The notes: generated by a model from the letters alone, not told the origin. A stretch of DNA of 64,000 nucleotides from Prochlorococcus sp. HOT208_60m_813I02 (GCA_002025865.1 MWOR01000207.1:6106-70105), one strand, 5' to 3'; shown: positions 1 to 9,827, counted from the stretch's first letter. Numbers and translations: made by a program.

Positions 1-63
1 TTTTTAAAGAAATTAATTTAACGTTTTTAGATTTTATTATTTTAATGTAAACATTTTGAAGTT

Positions 64-588
64 ATGACTGTAGGAATTTATTACGCAACTACAACTGGCA
101 AAACTGAAGACGTAGCTGATCGTCTTCACAACTTTATTTCTTCAGCTGAATCACCTAAAGATGTATCTGATGTTGATGATCTTTCAGAATTTGAAGGCCT
201 TGATGGAATTATCTGCGGGATACCTACTTGGAATACTGGTGCCGATGAAGAAAGATCGGGAACTGCATGGGATTCAATTTTAGAGGATATTGGTGAACTA
301 AGTTTATCAGGAAAAAAAGTTGCAATTTTCGGATTAGGAGATTCATCTACATATACAGAAAACTACTGTGATGCAATGGAAGAACTTCATAGCTACTTCA
401 CAAAAGCAGGTGCCGAAATGGTCGGTTATGTAGATAAATCTTCTTATACATTTGATGAGTCTAAAAGTGTTATTGGCGAAAGCTTTTGTGGATTGCCTCT
501 TGATGAGGATAGTGAATCTGATTTAACCGATTCGCGTCTTGAAAAATGGGCTTCTCAGCTTAAGGGTGAAATCCCTTCATTGGCGTAA
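64..588 (+). CDS. isiB: Flavodoxin (iron-stress induced)
   Basis: Long-chain flavodoxin motifs YATTTGKTE, CGIPTWNTG and FGLGDS; directly upstream of pcbB. Confidence 0.95.
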   Translation: MTVGIYYATTTGKTEDVADRLHNFISSAESPKDVSDVDDLSEFEGLDGIICGIPTWNTGADEERSGTAWDSILEDIGELSLSGKKVAIFGLGDSSTYTENYCDAMEELHSYFTKAGAEMVGYVDKSSYTFDESKSVIGESFCGLPLDEDSESDLTDSRLEKWASQLKGEIPSLA

Positions 589-731
589 GCTTTCTCAGAT
601 ATTACTTCTTTAGTTTGTAACATTTGTTCTTTCACAATATGTTTTTTTTACATAAGTAATTAAATCTGTAAAGAACATGTAAAAACAATACTGATAAGCA
701 ATATGCTCAATTTGCTGTTTACTTAAATCAA

Positions 732-1790
732 GTGTTACAAACTTACGGAAAATCTGATGTTACCTATGACTGGTACGCAGGGAATTCTGGTGTTGTTGGC
801 CGTTCAGGTAAATTCATAGCTGCTCATGCTGCCCATGCAGGCCTAATGATGTTCTGGGCAGGAGCTTTTGGATTATTTGAATTAGCTCGTTACGACGCCA
901 GTATTCCAATGGGTGCACAGAAAGCAATTGTTTTGCCTCACCTTGCAGGTATTGGAATTGGTGGTGTTGAAAATGGTGTCATTACAGAACCATATGGAAT
1001 TGTTGTAATTTGCACATTACATCTAATTTTCTCAGCAGTATTGGGTGCTGGGGGATTACTACATTCAAACAAATTTGCAGGTGATCTTGGAGACTATCCA
1101 GAAAATAGTAAGCCACAAAAATTTGATTTCGAATGGGATGACCCAGATAAATTAACTTTTATTCTTGGTCATCATCTAATCTTTCTTGGGCTTGGAGCAA
1201 TTATGTTCGTTGAATGGGCTCGTATTCATGGAATTTACGACCCAGCAATTGGATCTACAAGACAAGTTATTTACAATTTAGATATTGCCGCTATCTGGAA
1301 TCATCAATTTGATTTCTTAAAAATAGATAGTCTGGAAGACGTTATGGGAGGACATGCTTTCCTAGCTTTCCTTGAAATAATTGGAGGTGTTTTCCATATT
1401 TGTACTAAACAATTTGGGGAATATACAGAGTTTAAAGGAAAAGGATTACTTGGCGCTGAGGCAATTTTGTCATACTCAGTTGTGGGTGTTTCTTACATGG
1501 CTTTTGTTGCTGCTTTTTGGTGTGCTTCAAATACGACCATATATCCAGTTGATCTATATGGAGAACCCTTAAAGCTTCAATTTGAATTCGCCCCTTATTT
1601 TACTGATACAGTAGATTTAGGTTCAGGAGCGTATAGTTCAAGAGCCTGGCTTGCTAATACTCATTTTTATTTGGGTTTCTTTTTCTTACAAGGTCATCTT
1701 TGGCACGCACTAAGAGCAATGGGATTTGACTTTAAGAAAATTGGTCAAGCTTTTGACAATATAGAAAATACAAAAATTACTCAAAACTAG
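732..1790 (+). CDS. pcbB: Divinyl chlorophyll a/b-binding antenna protein (Pcb/IsiA family), iron-stress type
   Basis: MLQTYG..YDWYAGN N-terminus, AAHAAHAGL, GHLWHALRAMG, six TM helices, no CP43 lumenal loop; GTG start; adjacent to isiB. Confidence 0.88.
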   Translation: MLQTYGKSDVTYDWYAGNSGVVGRSGKFIAAHAAHAGLMMFWAGAFGLFELARYDASIPMGAQKAIVLPHLAGIGIGGVENGVITEPYGIVVICTLHLIFSAVLGAGGLLHSNKFAGDLGDYPENSKPQKFDFEWDDPDKLTFILGHHLIFLGLGAIMFVEWARIHGIYDPAIGSTRQVIYNLDIAAIWNHQFDFLKIDSLEDVMGGHAFLAFLEIIGGVFHICTKQFGEYTEFKGKGLLGAEAILSYSVVGVSYMAFVAAFWCASNTTIYPVDLYGEPLKLQFEFAPYFTDTVDLGSGAYSSRAWLANTHFYLGFFFLQGHLWHALRAMGFDFKKIGQAFDNIENTKITQN

Positions 1791-1801
1791 TTTAATCAAA
1801 T

Positions 1802-1836
1802 AAAAAACCTCTCCTCTAACAGGAAGGTTTTTTTTT
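1802..1836 (+). terminator. Rho-independent terminator after pcbB
   Basis: AAAAAACCT..CCT-loop-AGG..AGG followed by a T9 tract. Confidence 0.75.
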
Positions 1837-1866
1837 GTAGAATTATTTCATGTTTTCAAAAAATTA

Positions 1867-2520
1867 ATGGATTATCTAAAAGAAATTAATTGTAAGGAGA
1901 TTTTCAAAAAGGCTTATGAAAATCGTTACACCTGGAAGAATAATTTTCATGGCTACCAAGGTAAATGTATTTTCTTGACTAATAATAATATTCATAAAGG
2001 TGACTTCGTATTAGGTAAAGACTTTAAACCAAATATTCAAAATATAGAAGATGAAAAAGTTGTTAAAAGTATTGCCTCTCAGTTATTTGAAGTTTGTATA
2101 CATAGGGTAAAGAGAGAATTTGAATCAGTGCACTCAGAAAATAATTTTAATTTACTGAAAAATTCTGAAAGTGGGATTGAAATGGGCGTTTCAGGTAAGA
2201 ATCAAGGTGATAAATATAGAGTTAAAAATAACTGTATTAATATGGTCTACAGAAAAATTCATGGAACTATAATAGAAATTTTTGTTGAAGAATTTTTAAA
2301 TACAGGAACTGGTTCCCTTAGTAAAAAATATAGTAGTCAACAAATTGATCCAGATACATTTGAGACAAATTCTCGGAAATTAGAATACGAGGATGAATTT
2401 TTAAATATGGGTAAAGACGATTATTGGATATTAAATTCGAGGACAATAAAATACTTAAACCAAAATAAAGAAGAAGAAACACAAAAGTTTGTCTTCGAGG
2501 ATCTATGCTTATTAAATTAG
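1867..2520 (+). CDS. DUF3386-family protein
   Basis: FKKAYENRYTW..F.GYQG and QLFEVCIHRVKREF motifs typical of this cyanobacterial family. Confidence 0.75.
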   Translation: MDYLKEINCKEIFKKAYENRYTWKNNFHGYQGKCIFLTNNNIHKGDFVLGKDFKPNIQNIEDEKVVKSIASQLFEVCIHRVKREFESVHSENNFNLLKNSESGIEMGVSGKNQGDKYRVKNNCINMVYRKIHGTIIEIFVEEFLNTGTGSLSKKYSSQQIDPDTFETNSRKLEYEDEFLNMGKDDYWILNSRTIKYLNQNKEEETQKFVFEDLCLLN

Positions 2521-2525
2521 TTTTA

Positions 2526-2771
2526 TTATTCAACCAATCTAAACCCTTTATCAAGTAGTTTTTGATATAAGAGTCTTGCTCTAAAAGCTAGAATTTGCTC
2601 TTCATTTTCATTACTAATTACATGAAAGTAATTATTATCTAACTTATTTTTGCTAAAGCATACATTTGCTTCTCCTAATCTTAAAGTCCAGTTCTCTTCT
2701 TTTGCTAAATGTTGATTAGGGCCAAGATCCCAAGGACATTTTTCGGGATATTTTTCTCTTTTAGAACCCAT
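2526..2771 (-). CDS. Hypothetical protein
   Basis: 81-aa ATG ORF with plausible composition. Confidence 0.6.
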   Translation of the reverse strand: MGSKREKYPEKCPWDLGPNQHLAKEENWTLRLGEANVCFSKNKLDNNYFHVISNENEEQILAFRARLLYQKLLDKGFRLVE

Positions 2772-2880
2772 ATGATAAATTTTAACTACCCAATATTAGT
2801 AAAAAATTAAAAGTATGGCTATTAAAAATAGTTGATAACTTTTTCATAGAGTTTTTGATTAATGCTATGCAATTAAAAAT

Positions 2881-3543
2881 TTACTCTTTGGTTGCGATTA
2901 AACAATAAAATGGGTCTTTATTAAAAAAATTAAAGATATTAAGTGCTGGTTCAGTAAACTTTTTGATAATTTTTGGCTCATTAAATCCGTTTGAAATTAA
3001 TACTTTTCTTACATATTTGACCCTCCCTTCTTCAGTAGATGAAGTCCATATGTTAGGAGCTTTATGCCAAAATGCTCTGTTTGAAAAAGCAATAATAATC
3101 TTACCCTTTCTGCTTAATATTCTCGCAATTTCTTTGGTTAAATTTTCTGGATATTGTAAATATTGCCATGCGGCTACCATCAAGCAATAATCAACGCTTT
3201 CTTTCTCTAGTGGAATTTGTTGACTTAAATTAAAATTTTGTATCCAAAAAGAATCAAAAATTTTGTTTTTTTCAAGTTCTTGTTTATTTAAACCATGTCC
3301 AATAACTTGTTTATATTTTTTCGCTTTAGGTAAATAACTATCCCAACTGGACATTAAATCAAGAACTGTTGAATAATTATCAATTTCTCTTTCATATAAA
3401 TCTGATAGATTTTGCCTGAAGTTTGCATCTAGATGATAAACAAATTTTGGATCAGAATAAAATTCTTCATCATTACTCTCATCGAGTTTTTCCCTTTGAT
3501 AATTATTTAAGACTTCCAAAGCAACTAAATTTTTAATGAACAT
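2881..3543 (-). CDS. Class I SAM-dependent methyltransferase-like protein
   Basis: VLDLMSSW, GHGLNKQEL..N and FSNRAFW.KA motifs; true start may be slightly downstream. Confidence 0.8.
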   Translation of the reverse strand: MFIKNLVALEVLNNYQREKLDESNDEEFYSDPKFVYHLDANFRQNLSDLYEREIDNYSTVLDLMSSWDSYLPKAKKYKQVIGHGLNKQELEKNKIFDSFWIQNFNLSQQIPLEKESVDYCLMVAAWQYLQYPENLTKEIARILSRKGKIIIAFSNRAFWHKAPNIWTSSTEEGRVKYVRKVLISNGFNEPKIIKKFTEPALNIFNFFNKDPFYCLIATKE

Positions 3544-3670
3544 TTCAAATCTAGTAAAAAGAAATTCTAATTGTGCATTGGGAATTTTTTTTCATTTAAT
3601 AAATTAAAAATTCTCATTAAACCTAGACATCTATTCAAAAAAAGTTAAATTATTAATTAATGATTTAATA

Positions 3671-3844
3671 ATGATGATTGAGTTCAAAAGGAGCAAAAAA
3701 AACAGATCTAAAAATGCTCTTTTCAATCCTTATAAAAACGGGATAAGTTCATACGATATGGCATATCTTTCATCAAAAAGAAAGTTAAAAAATAAAACTG
3801 TTTATCTAGAAAATGAATCTAAGAAGGATTATCTTGTTGCATAG
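3671..3844 (+). CDS. Small basic hypothetical protein (57 aa), not in the ORF track
   Basis: Translated by hand: MMIEFKRSKKNRSKNALFNPYKNGISSYDMAYLSSKRKLKNKTVYLENESKKDYLVA*; stops 2 nt before the MIF start. Confidence 0.5.
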   Translation: MMIEFKRSKKNRSKNALFNPYKNGISSYDMAYLSSKRKLKNKTVYLENESKKDYLVA

Positions 3845-3846
3845 AG

Positions 3847-4179
3847 ATGCCTTATATTAATGTTTCGACTTCAGCAAAACTAAATGATAAAGGTAAATTA
3901 CTCGAAGAAATTTCAATTCTTATTTCATCTTTAACTAAAAAATCAAGAAGTTTTGTTATGGCAAAAATAGATGATAATTGCCAAATGTACTTTGATGATA
4001 AGACACCTTCTTGCTTTTTAGAAATCAAATCAATAGATTCTCTAAATCCCTCAGAAATGGCAAAGCCAATATCAGACTTTGTATATGAGAAAATGGGGAT
4101 CCCAATAGATAGGATTTATATTTCTTTTGAGGATGTGCCAGCTTCATTGTGGGGTTGGAATGGAAGAACATTTGGTTAA
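3847..4179 (+). CDS. MIF/phenylpyruvate tautomerase family protein
   Basis: N-terminal catalytic Pro (MPYINVSTS) and C-terminal RIYISFED...WGWNG.TF. Confidence 0.9.
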   Translation: MPYINVSTSAKLNDKGKLLEEISILISSLTKKSRSFVMAKIDDNCQMYFDDKTPSCFLEIKSIDSLNPSEMAKPISDFVYEKMGIPIDRIYISFEDVPASLWGWNGRTFG

Positions 4180-4200
4180 GAATTTTTAGATATAAAGCTA

Positions 4201-4587
4201 ATGGAAATAAATAAATTAGTCGATTTAAATAATCTTAGAACTGCACCTCAATTAAGTAATTGGCAAGAAAAAAAACTTTTAGAGGAACTAGAAGCAAATA
4301 TTTTTCATGCAGACTGGATAACAATAGGCATAATGGCACCTAGTGATAGTGAAGCTATTGAAGCATTACAATCAATTTCTAAGAAATATTCCACAATTAA
4401 ATTTGGGAATCTTGGGTCCCTTCATGCTGATGGAGGTGTTTTTTTAAAAGCTAATCAAAAAACTAGTAATGTTTTTGTCAGATCTGAAAATGGTCTTGGA
4501 GAAGGAATTTTAATAACATGTCAGTATGACCAAGGTGCTAAAGAATCTAGTACTTTTGGACCAATGCCATTAGATTTTTTTACATAA
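4201..4587 (+). CDS. DUF1824-family protein
   Basis: DWITIGIMA, GGVFLKANQ, TFGPMPLDFF. Confidence 0.8.
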   Translation: MEINKLVDLNNLRTAPQLSNWQEKKLLEELEANIFHADWITIGIMAPSDSEAIEALQSISKKYSTIKFGNLGSLHADGGVFLKANQKTSNVFVRSENGLGEGILITCQYDQGAKESSTFGPMPLDFFT

Positions 4588-4743
4588 TTAATACCTCATT
4601 TATTTTTATTAAAGATCTAATTAAATTACAGTTTTATATCAGATGATATTTTGGAGAACTTGGATTTAAAAATATTCTTTACTTTAAAGCTTTGTTATTA
4701 TGGCTACTGGCATTGATCTAAATTTTTTCATTATTTTAATTTA

Positions 4744-5619
4744 ATGTTTTTTCAGGATATAATTCAAAATTTAAATAATTTTTGGTCAGATGAAGGTTGT
4801 TTGATTATGCAGCCATATGACACCGAAAAGGGTGCTGGAACAATGAATCCGCATACTTTTTTAAGGGCCATTGGACCAGAGCCTTGGAGTGTTGCATATG
4901 TAGAGCCATGTAGAAGACCTACAGATGGGCGTTTTGGCGATAACCCAAATAGGGCGCAACATTACTTTCAATATCAGGTAATTATTAAACCTTCACCAGA
5001 AGGAATCCAAGAAAAATATTTGACATCTTTAGAATCTCTTGGAATTAATCCTAGAAATCATGATATAAGATTTGTGGAAGATAATTGGGAGTCTCCAACA
5101 CTTGGTGCCTGGGGTGTAGGTTGGGAAGTTTGGTTAGATGGCATGGAAGTTACTCAATTTACTTACTTCCAGCAATGTGGGGGAATAGATTGTAATCCAA
5201 TCCCAATTGAAATTACTTATGGGCTTGAGAGGATTGCAATGTTTTTGCAGGATAAGGAAAGTATCTGGGAATTAAGTTGGAACAAAGATTTGAAATATAG
5301 CGATATTTGGCTTCAATTTGAAAAAAGTCAATGCTCTTATAATTTTACCGAATCTAATGCAGACAATCTCAGGAAATTATTTGAAATTTATCAAGCTGAG
5401 GCAATTTCTTTAATAGAAAAGAAATTAACTTACCCTGCGCTTGATTTTGTTTTGAAATGTAGTCATACATTTAATCTTCTTGATTCTAGAGGTGTGATTT
5501 CGGTTACAGATCGGGCACAATATATTGAAAAGATTCGAAAATTAGCAAGAGAAGTTGCTGCATCATGGGTAGATGAAAGAGAATCTCTTAACTTTCCATT
5601 AATAAAAAAAATAATCTAA
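4744..5619 (+). CDS. glyQ: Glycine--tRNA ligase alpha subunit
   Basis: [48 protein letters not shown]. Confidence 0.98.
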   Translation: MFFQDIIQNLNNFWSDEGCLIMQPYDTEKGAGTMNPHTFLRAIGPEPWSVAYVEPCRRPTDGRFGDNPNRAQHYFQYQVIIKPSPEGIQEKYLTSLESLGINPRNHDIRFVEDNWESPTLGAWGVGWEVWLDGMEVTQFTYFQQCGGIDCNPIPIEITYGLERIAMFLQDKESIWELSWNKDLKYSDIWLQFEKSQCSYNFTESNADNLRKLFEIYQAEAISLIEKKLTYPALDFVLKCSHTFNLLDSRGVISVTDRAQYIEKIRKLAREVAASWVDERESLNFPLIKKII

Positions 5620-5644
5620 ATAATATTTATTCTTAAAACTTAAT

Positions 5645-5660
5645 TGTATAAAAAGTTACA
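5645..5660. promoter_or_regulatory. NtcA box upstream of porin
   Basis: TGTA-TAAAAAGT-TACA is a perfect GTA-N8-TAC; a second near-box TGTT-N8-TACA at 5692-5707 abuts a TATAGT -10 at 5709-5714. Confidence 0.6.
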
Positions 5661-5739
5661 CCGGTCTGAATCTTATATTTCTTTCCTTTTTTGTTACGCT
5701 CGATACAGTATAGTTACCCAAATTATTTGGGCTACTTTA

Positions 5740-5747
5740 GTGTGAGG
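5740..5747 (+). promoter_or_regulatory. Putative Yfr1 sRNA target site overlapping the porin RBS
   Basis: GTGTGAGG 4 nt before ATG is complementary to CCUCACAC of the conserved Yfr1 motif; Som porin mRNAs are established Yfr1 targets. Confidence 0.65.
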
Positions 5748-5751
5748 TTAA

Positions 5752-7008
5752 ATGAAACTCTTCCAACAAATGTTGGTGGCAGGGGCATCCTTGAGCTTAT
5801 TAGCTCCAGTTGTTGCTCAAGCTTCCGACGTTGTCAACTTAGAGGAAATGAATAGCTACTCTCGTAGCCAAACAAAATCTTCAAGACTTGACAGTAATAC
5901 ATTCATTAACGAAGTTAGTGAAGATCTTGCAATCCTTAAGGGTCGTGTTGATGGCCTTGAGGTCAAACAAAATGAATTTGAAGCTGGTGGCTTTTCCGAT
6001 ACAACAGTAATGAATGGTAAGGCAATCTTCGATATTGGAGCAGTTGAAAACTCTTCTGGTGATCTTAGCGAAGCTGTCGGATTCCAATATACTTATCAAT
6101 TAAATCTGAATACCAGTTTTACTGGAGACGATGATTTATATGTAAGATTAAAAACTGGTAATGCTACTGATGTATTTTCCAGTAAGACATATGGCACTTA
6201 CCTATCTTCATCTAACGGAAATGATGACACTATAAAGGTTGATAAAATTTGGTATTCATTCCCTGTAGGGGAAAACAATACTTTTTGGATTGGTCCAAAA
6301 ATCGAAAATTACTATATGCATGGTGCGACACCTTCTATTTATGCACCAATTACAAAACAATTTAAACTGGGAGGTAATGGTGCCGCATATGGAGCGAGTA
6401 CTGATTCAGGTATAGGTTGGGCTTACAAAGGTGATAATGGCTTCTCTTTAAGCTCAAACGTTGTAAGTAAACAGAATAAAACAACTAAGGGATTCTTAAC
6501 TGATGAATCTAAGACTAACTGGTCTACACAAGTTGCTTACACCACCGATACTTATCATCTTTCACTTATAACCGCTTTAAAGTATAACGGATGGACAGAT
6601 TCCTACTACACAACTTCATTAGGTAAAGCTCGTCCCAATGGGAACAGCACTAACTATGGTTTAAGAGGATACTGGAGACCAGATAGTGAAAGTCAGGCAG
6701 TTCCTGAATTATCTGCTGGTTATGATATTTCAACTGTTGAAGGACAAGAAGCAGATACCGATTCTTACTTCGTAGGATTAACTTGGAAGGATACATTCCA
6801 AGCTGATGATAAAATTGGTATCGCTTTAGGTCAGCCTCAAACAGCAGATACAGACACAGAAACACCATTCACATGGGAAGCTTATTACTCTTATAAGGTT
6901 AATGATTCAGTTACTGTAACTCCTGCTATTTTCGGGGCTACAGATAGAACTGGTACATCTGGTGTAGACATTACCGGAGCAGTTGTTCAGACAACATTTA
7001 AATTCTAA
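5752..7008 (+). CDS. som: Cyanobacterial outer-membrane porin (Som/iron-uptake porin family)
   Basis: MKLFQQMLVAGA signal peptide, coiled coil LAILKGRVDGLE, FSDTT, LNLNTSFTGDDDLYVRL, C-terminal TTFKF. Confidence 0.9.
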   Translation: MKLFQQMLVAGASLSLLAPVVAQASDVVNLEEMNSYSRSQTKSSRLDSNTFINEVSEDLAILKGRVDGLEVKQNEFEAGGFSDTTVMNGKAIFDIGAVENSSGDLSEAVGFQYTYQLNLNTSFTGDDDLYVRLKTGNATDVFSSKTYGTYLSSSNGNDDTIKVDKIWYSFPVGENNTFWIGPKIENYYMHGATPSIYAPITKQFKLGGNGAAYGASTDSGIGWAYKGDNGFSLSSNVVSKQNKTTKGFLTDESKTNWSTQVAYTTDTYHLSLITALKYNGWTDSYYTTSLGKARPNGNSTNYGLRGYWRPDSESQAVPELSAGYDISTVEGQEADTDSYFVGLTWKDTFQADDKIGIALGQPQTADTDTETPFTWEAYYSYKVNDSVTVTPAIFGATDRTGTSGVDITGAVVQTTFKF

Positions 7009-7023
7009 ATCCTTATTTAGTTT

Positions 7024-7054
7024 AAAAAAGGGTATCAAGTAAGATACCCTTCTT
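7024..7054 (+). terminator. Terminator hairpin between the porin and the convergent ORF
   Basis: AAGGGTATC-loop-GATACCCTT inverted repeat. Confidence 0.65.
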
Positions 7055-7093
7055 AAAAATTATTAACGCTTAATTTAAATTAGGCGTTTTTTT

Positions 7094-7321
7094 TTACCAA
7101 CAATTTTCGCCTTCACCAATCGGGATGCAAACACTAGATTTTGCAGCTTCATCTGCCAATTTTTGAGCATCTTTATCCAAAATAAAATCAGCGTCAATCG
7201 ACATATCTGTATTCCATTCTTTGAGCCCACCTAAATCTTGTTCTTCTGCATGAGCAGATGATGAGATCGCTAGTGCACTTGTAGCTGCAAGAAATAGAGA
7301 AATTGAACTTTTTTTATTCAT
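7094..7321 (-). CDS. Small secreted hypothetical protein with C-terminal Cys pair
   Basis: Sec signal peptide ending AHA; C-terminus CIPIGEGENCW; same strand as and just downstream of piuC. Confidence 0.75.
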   Translation of the reverse strand: MNKKSSISLFLAATSALAISSSAHAEEQDLGGLKEWNTDMSIDADFILDKDAQKLADEAAKSSVCIPIGEGENCW

Positions 7322-7394
7322 TTATGGAAAATTATTCTTTAATCACTTTAGTAATTTTAGAGTTAATTCCCCAGATGATGTATAAAATGATCCA

Positions 7395-8060
7395 TTAATT
7401 ACCTAATATTCTTAATAAGTTTGAATAGGATTTGAAAATTAAATCAACTTCATCCGACATACCATACTTTGCTAAGACTCCTCTTGCTCCTGCATCAAGA
7501 TCGAATAAATATTCTCTTTCTACTGGTGACTTAACATAACTTTCAATCCAGCCTACGCATACTAATCTTTCACCATTAATTACTTTACTTACTGAATGCA
7601 AGTAAGAACTTGGATATATAATAATTTCTCCAGCATTTAACTTGAATCTCTCTTCCGAATTCATTGTTTCAATAATTAATTCACCACCTCCATAAAGATC
7701 TTTATTTGTTAGCGATAGAGTGAAAGATAAATCTGATCTCCCTGAAGACATATATGGATTATCAATATGTCTTCCATAATTCATATTTTTTGATGATTTT
7801 GTAAACATTATTCCGTGGATTATTTTTGGCAAAGAAAAACTTTTTATTAATTGGTTTGAAAGGATCTTTTTATGAATTAATTGCGAATTTTTTTTTGATA
7901 CTTCAGAATTTCTATTTAATTGTAAATTATTTTTTACCATTGAGGCATGGCTGCCAGCAGTTTTTTTACCATCTTCCCAATCTTGAGTTGCCTCTTCTAC
8001 TTCTTTCTTTATAAGGTTGATTTCTTCAGCATTTAGTAACTGATGGGTTAAATAATTCAT
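7395..8060 (-). CDS. piuC: PKHD-type Fe(II)/2-oxoglutarate hydroxylase (PiuC/YbiX)
   Basis: WEDGKKTAG, YGRHIDN, RSDLSFTL, GGEL, HSVSKV..GER; start reassigned to MNYLTHQ at 8060 to avoid overlap with idiA. Confidence 0.9.
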   Translation of the reverse strand: MNYLTHQLLNAEEINLIKKEVEEATQDWEDGKKTAGSHASMVKNNLQLNRNSEVSKKNSQLIHKKILSNQLIKSFSLPKIIHGIMFTKSSKNMNYGRHIDNPYMSSGRSDLSFTLSLTNKDLYGGGELIIETMNSEERFKLNAGEIIIYPSSYLHSVSKVINGERLVCVGWIESYVKSPVEREYLFDLDAGARGVLAKYGMSDEVDLIFKSYSNLLRILGN

Positions 8061-8161
8061 TTCTAATATAAAAAATGATACATCTTTGTGTATAGAAGAT
8101 CGCTTTTGAGGTTTTTCAGTTTTGATAAGTATAAAGTAACCATAGATACTATTTTGAAAAA

Positions 8162-9184
8162 GTGCAAAAACTAAAAAAACTATTTTATACAGCACTAACA
8201 TGTACATTTTTAATGAATGTAAATGTACCTGTTAATTCAACAGAAAAAGAAGTCAAAGTTTATTCGGGTAGACATTATAATACAGATCGAAGTGTTTATA
8301 AAAAATTCGCAGAAGAAACAGGAATTAAAGTTAGGCTTATAGAAGCAGCAGGAATATCTTTAATTGAAAGATTGAAAAGAGAAGGAAAGAATGCTCAAGC
8401 AGATTTGATATTGCTAGTAGATGCAGCGAGAATCACTAACGCAGCGAAAGCTGGATTACTTCAACCAATAACTTCTTCTAATTTAGAAAATGATGTTCCT
8501 GTTGGGTTAAAAGACCCTAATAAGGAGTGGTATGCATTAACAAGGAGAGTAAGAGTTATGGTTGCCAATCCAAAAGTGGTTGATATCAACAAGATTAATG
8601 ATTACAGTGATTTAGCTGATCCAGCCTTAAAAGGTAAAGTATGTTTAAGAAATAGGAAAAGTCCATATAATCAATCTTTAGTCGCCAATCAAATAATTAA
8701 AAAAGGTGAATTAGAAACTAAAGCTTGGTTAGGCGGAATGATTACAAATGTTTCCCAACCATTTTTCCCAGGTGATATTTCAATAATTAGAGCAGTTTCT
8801 AAGAAAAAATGCGGAGTAGGAATTGTTAATCATTATTACGTTGCAAGAATGTTAGCAGGTGTTAATGGAAGAAGAGATGCTTTATATGCGAAAAAAACAA
8901 AGGTCCTTACTCCTAATCCAGCACACGTCAATATTAGTGCAGGTGGTGTTGCAAAATATGCAACAAATAAAAATGAAGCAATTCAGTTGCTTGAATTCTT
9001 AGCATCTCCAGAAGGAAGTAAAGGTTTAGCTGCTCCAACTTTTGAACATCCTTTGAAGGAAGTTAATCAGAATGAAATAGTAAAGAACTTTGGAGAGTTT
9101 GTACCTGATAGTGTAACTGTAGAAGACCTTGGAGAAAAAAATTCATTAGCTATTAAATTGATGAAAGATGCAGGCTGGAATTAA
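8162..9184 (+). CDS. idiA: Fe(III) ABC transporter periplasmic binding protein
   Basis: VYSGRHY, YNQSL, VNHYY iron-ligand motifs and HVNISAGG (FutA/IdiA/AfuA family). Confidence 0.93.
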   Translation: MQKLKKLFYTALTCTFLMNVNVPVNSTEKEVKVYSGRHYNTDRSVYKKFAEETGIKVRLIEAAGISLIERLKREGKNAQADLILLVDAARITNAAKAGLLQPITSSNLENDVPVGLKDPNKEWYALTRRVRVMVANPKVVDINKINDYSDLADPALKGKVCLRNRKSPYNQSLVANQIIKKGELETKAWLGGMITNVSQPFFPGDISIIRAVSKKKCGVGIVNHYYVARMLAGVNGRRDALYAKKTKVLTPNPAHVNISAGGVAKYATNKNEAIQLLEFLASPEGSKGLAAPTFEHPLKEVNQNEIVKNFGEFVPDSVTVEDLGEKNSLAIKLMKDAGWN

Positions 9185-9246
9185 AAATTAAGATAATTTT
9201 ATAGTTCATAATTTTCCCAATATTAAGTGCATACTTATAAACAGGC

Positions 9247-9331
9247 GGAGAGGTGGCTGAGTGGTCGAAAGCGAACGACTCGAAATCGTTTAATAGGCAA
9301 CTATTCGTGGGTTCGAATCCCACCCTCTCCG
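9247..9331 (+). tRNA. tRNA-Ser(CGA)
   Basis: GGAGAGG/CCTCTCC acceptor stem, anticodon arm AACGA-CT-CGA-AA-TCGTT, long variable arm, GTTCGAATC T-loop, G discriminator; CCA not encoded. Confidence 0.96.
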
Positions 9332-9575
9332 TAAACTAATAGTTTCTAGGAGTCCAAAAATAAAATAAGAGGGCATTTATTGTCTCTCTTCGAGTATATG
9401 CACCTTTCTTTCCACAAAGTCGATTAAGCGATTTTAACTCCTGAATTATTTATACTCTTAATGTATTTAAAAAGATAGTTGTGACGAGTACAAAGCACTA
9501 ATTCTCGGGTATTAATACTCTATTAATTTCAATTGATTAGGAGGATAATGAAGTAGTAGAGATTAAGGAGGTTTT

Positions 9576-9734
9576 ATGAGATTCACCACTCCATTCACTG
9601 TCCTAAGAAATGCAACTTCAGATATTTGGAAAATGCATGATTTTAATTATCATCTACCAAAAGATCCAAGACAAGATTATTGGGAAAAAGAATGCATAGA
9701 CCACCCAACAAGTTCTCATTGCAAACTTTATTAA
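9576..9734 (+). CDS. 52-aa microprotein with CP12-like C-terminal CxxxPxxxxC motif, not in the ORF track
   Basis: Strong RBS AAGGAGG; MRFTTPFTVLRNATSDIWKMHDFNYHLPKDPRQDYWEKECIDHPTSSHCKLY*; hairpin follows at about 9760-9785. Confidence 0.75.
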   Translation: MRFTTPFTVLRNATSDIWKMHDFNYHLPKDPRQDYWEKECIDHPTSSHCKLY

Positions 9735-9827
9735 AAAAATTAAATTTAAGATATTAATTAAGTCCCTTTATTAGGGTCTTTCCCTCTAAGTGAGTAGATA
9801 TTCTGTGATTATAAAACTAGAGAAAAG

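Noticed and set aside
690-8160. Fur boxes upstream of pcbB (TGATAAGCAATATGCTCAA) and between piuC and idiA (TTGATAAGTATAAAGTAA)
   Set aside because: Only partial matches in very AT-rich DNA; cannot be supported without a position-weight-matrix scan.
9478-9491. GTT-N8-TAC upstream of the CP12-like ORF as an NtcA box
   Set aside because: One mismatch, weak flanks and no clear -10 at canonical spacing.
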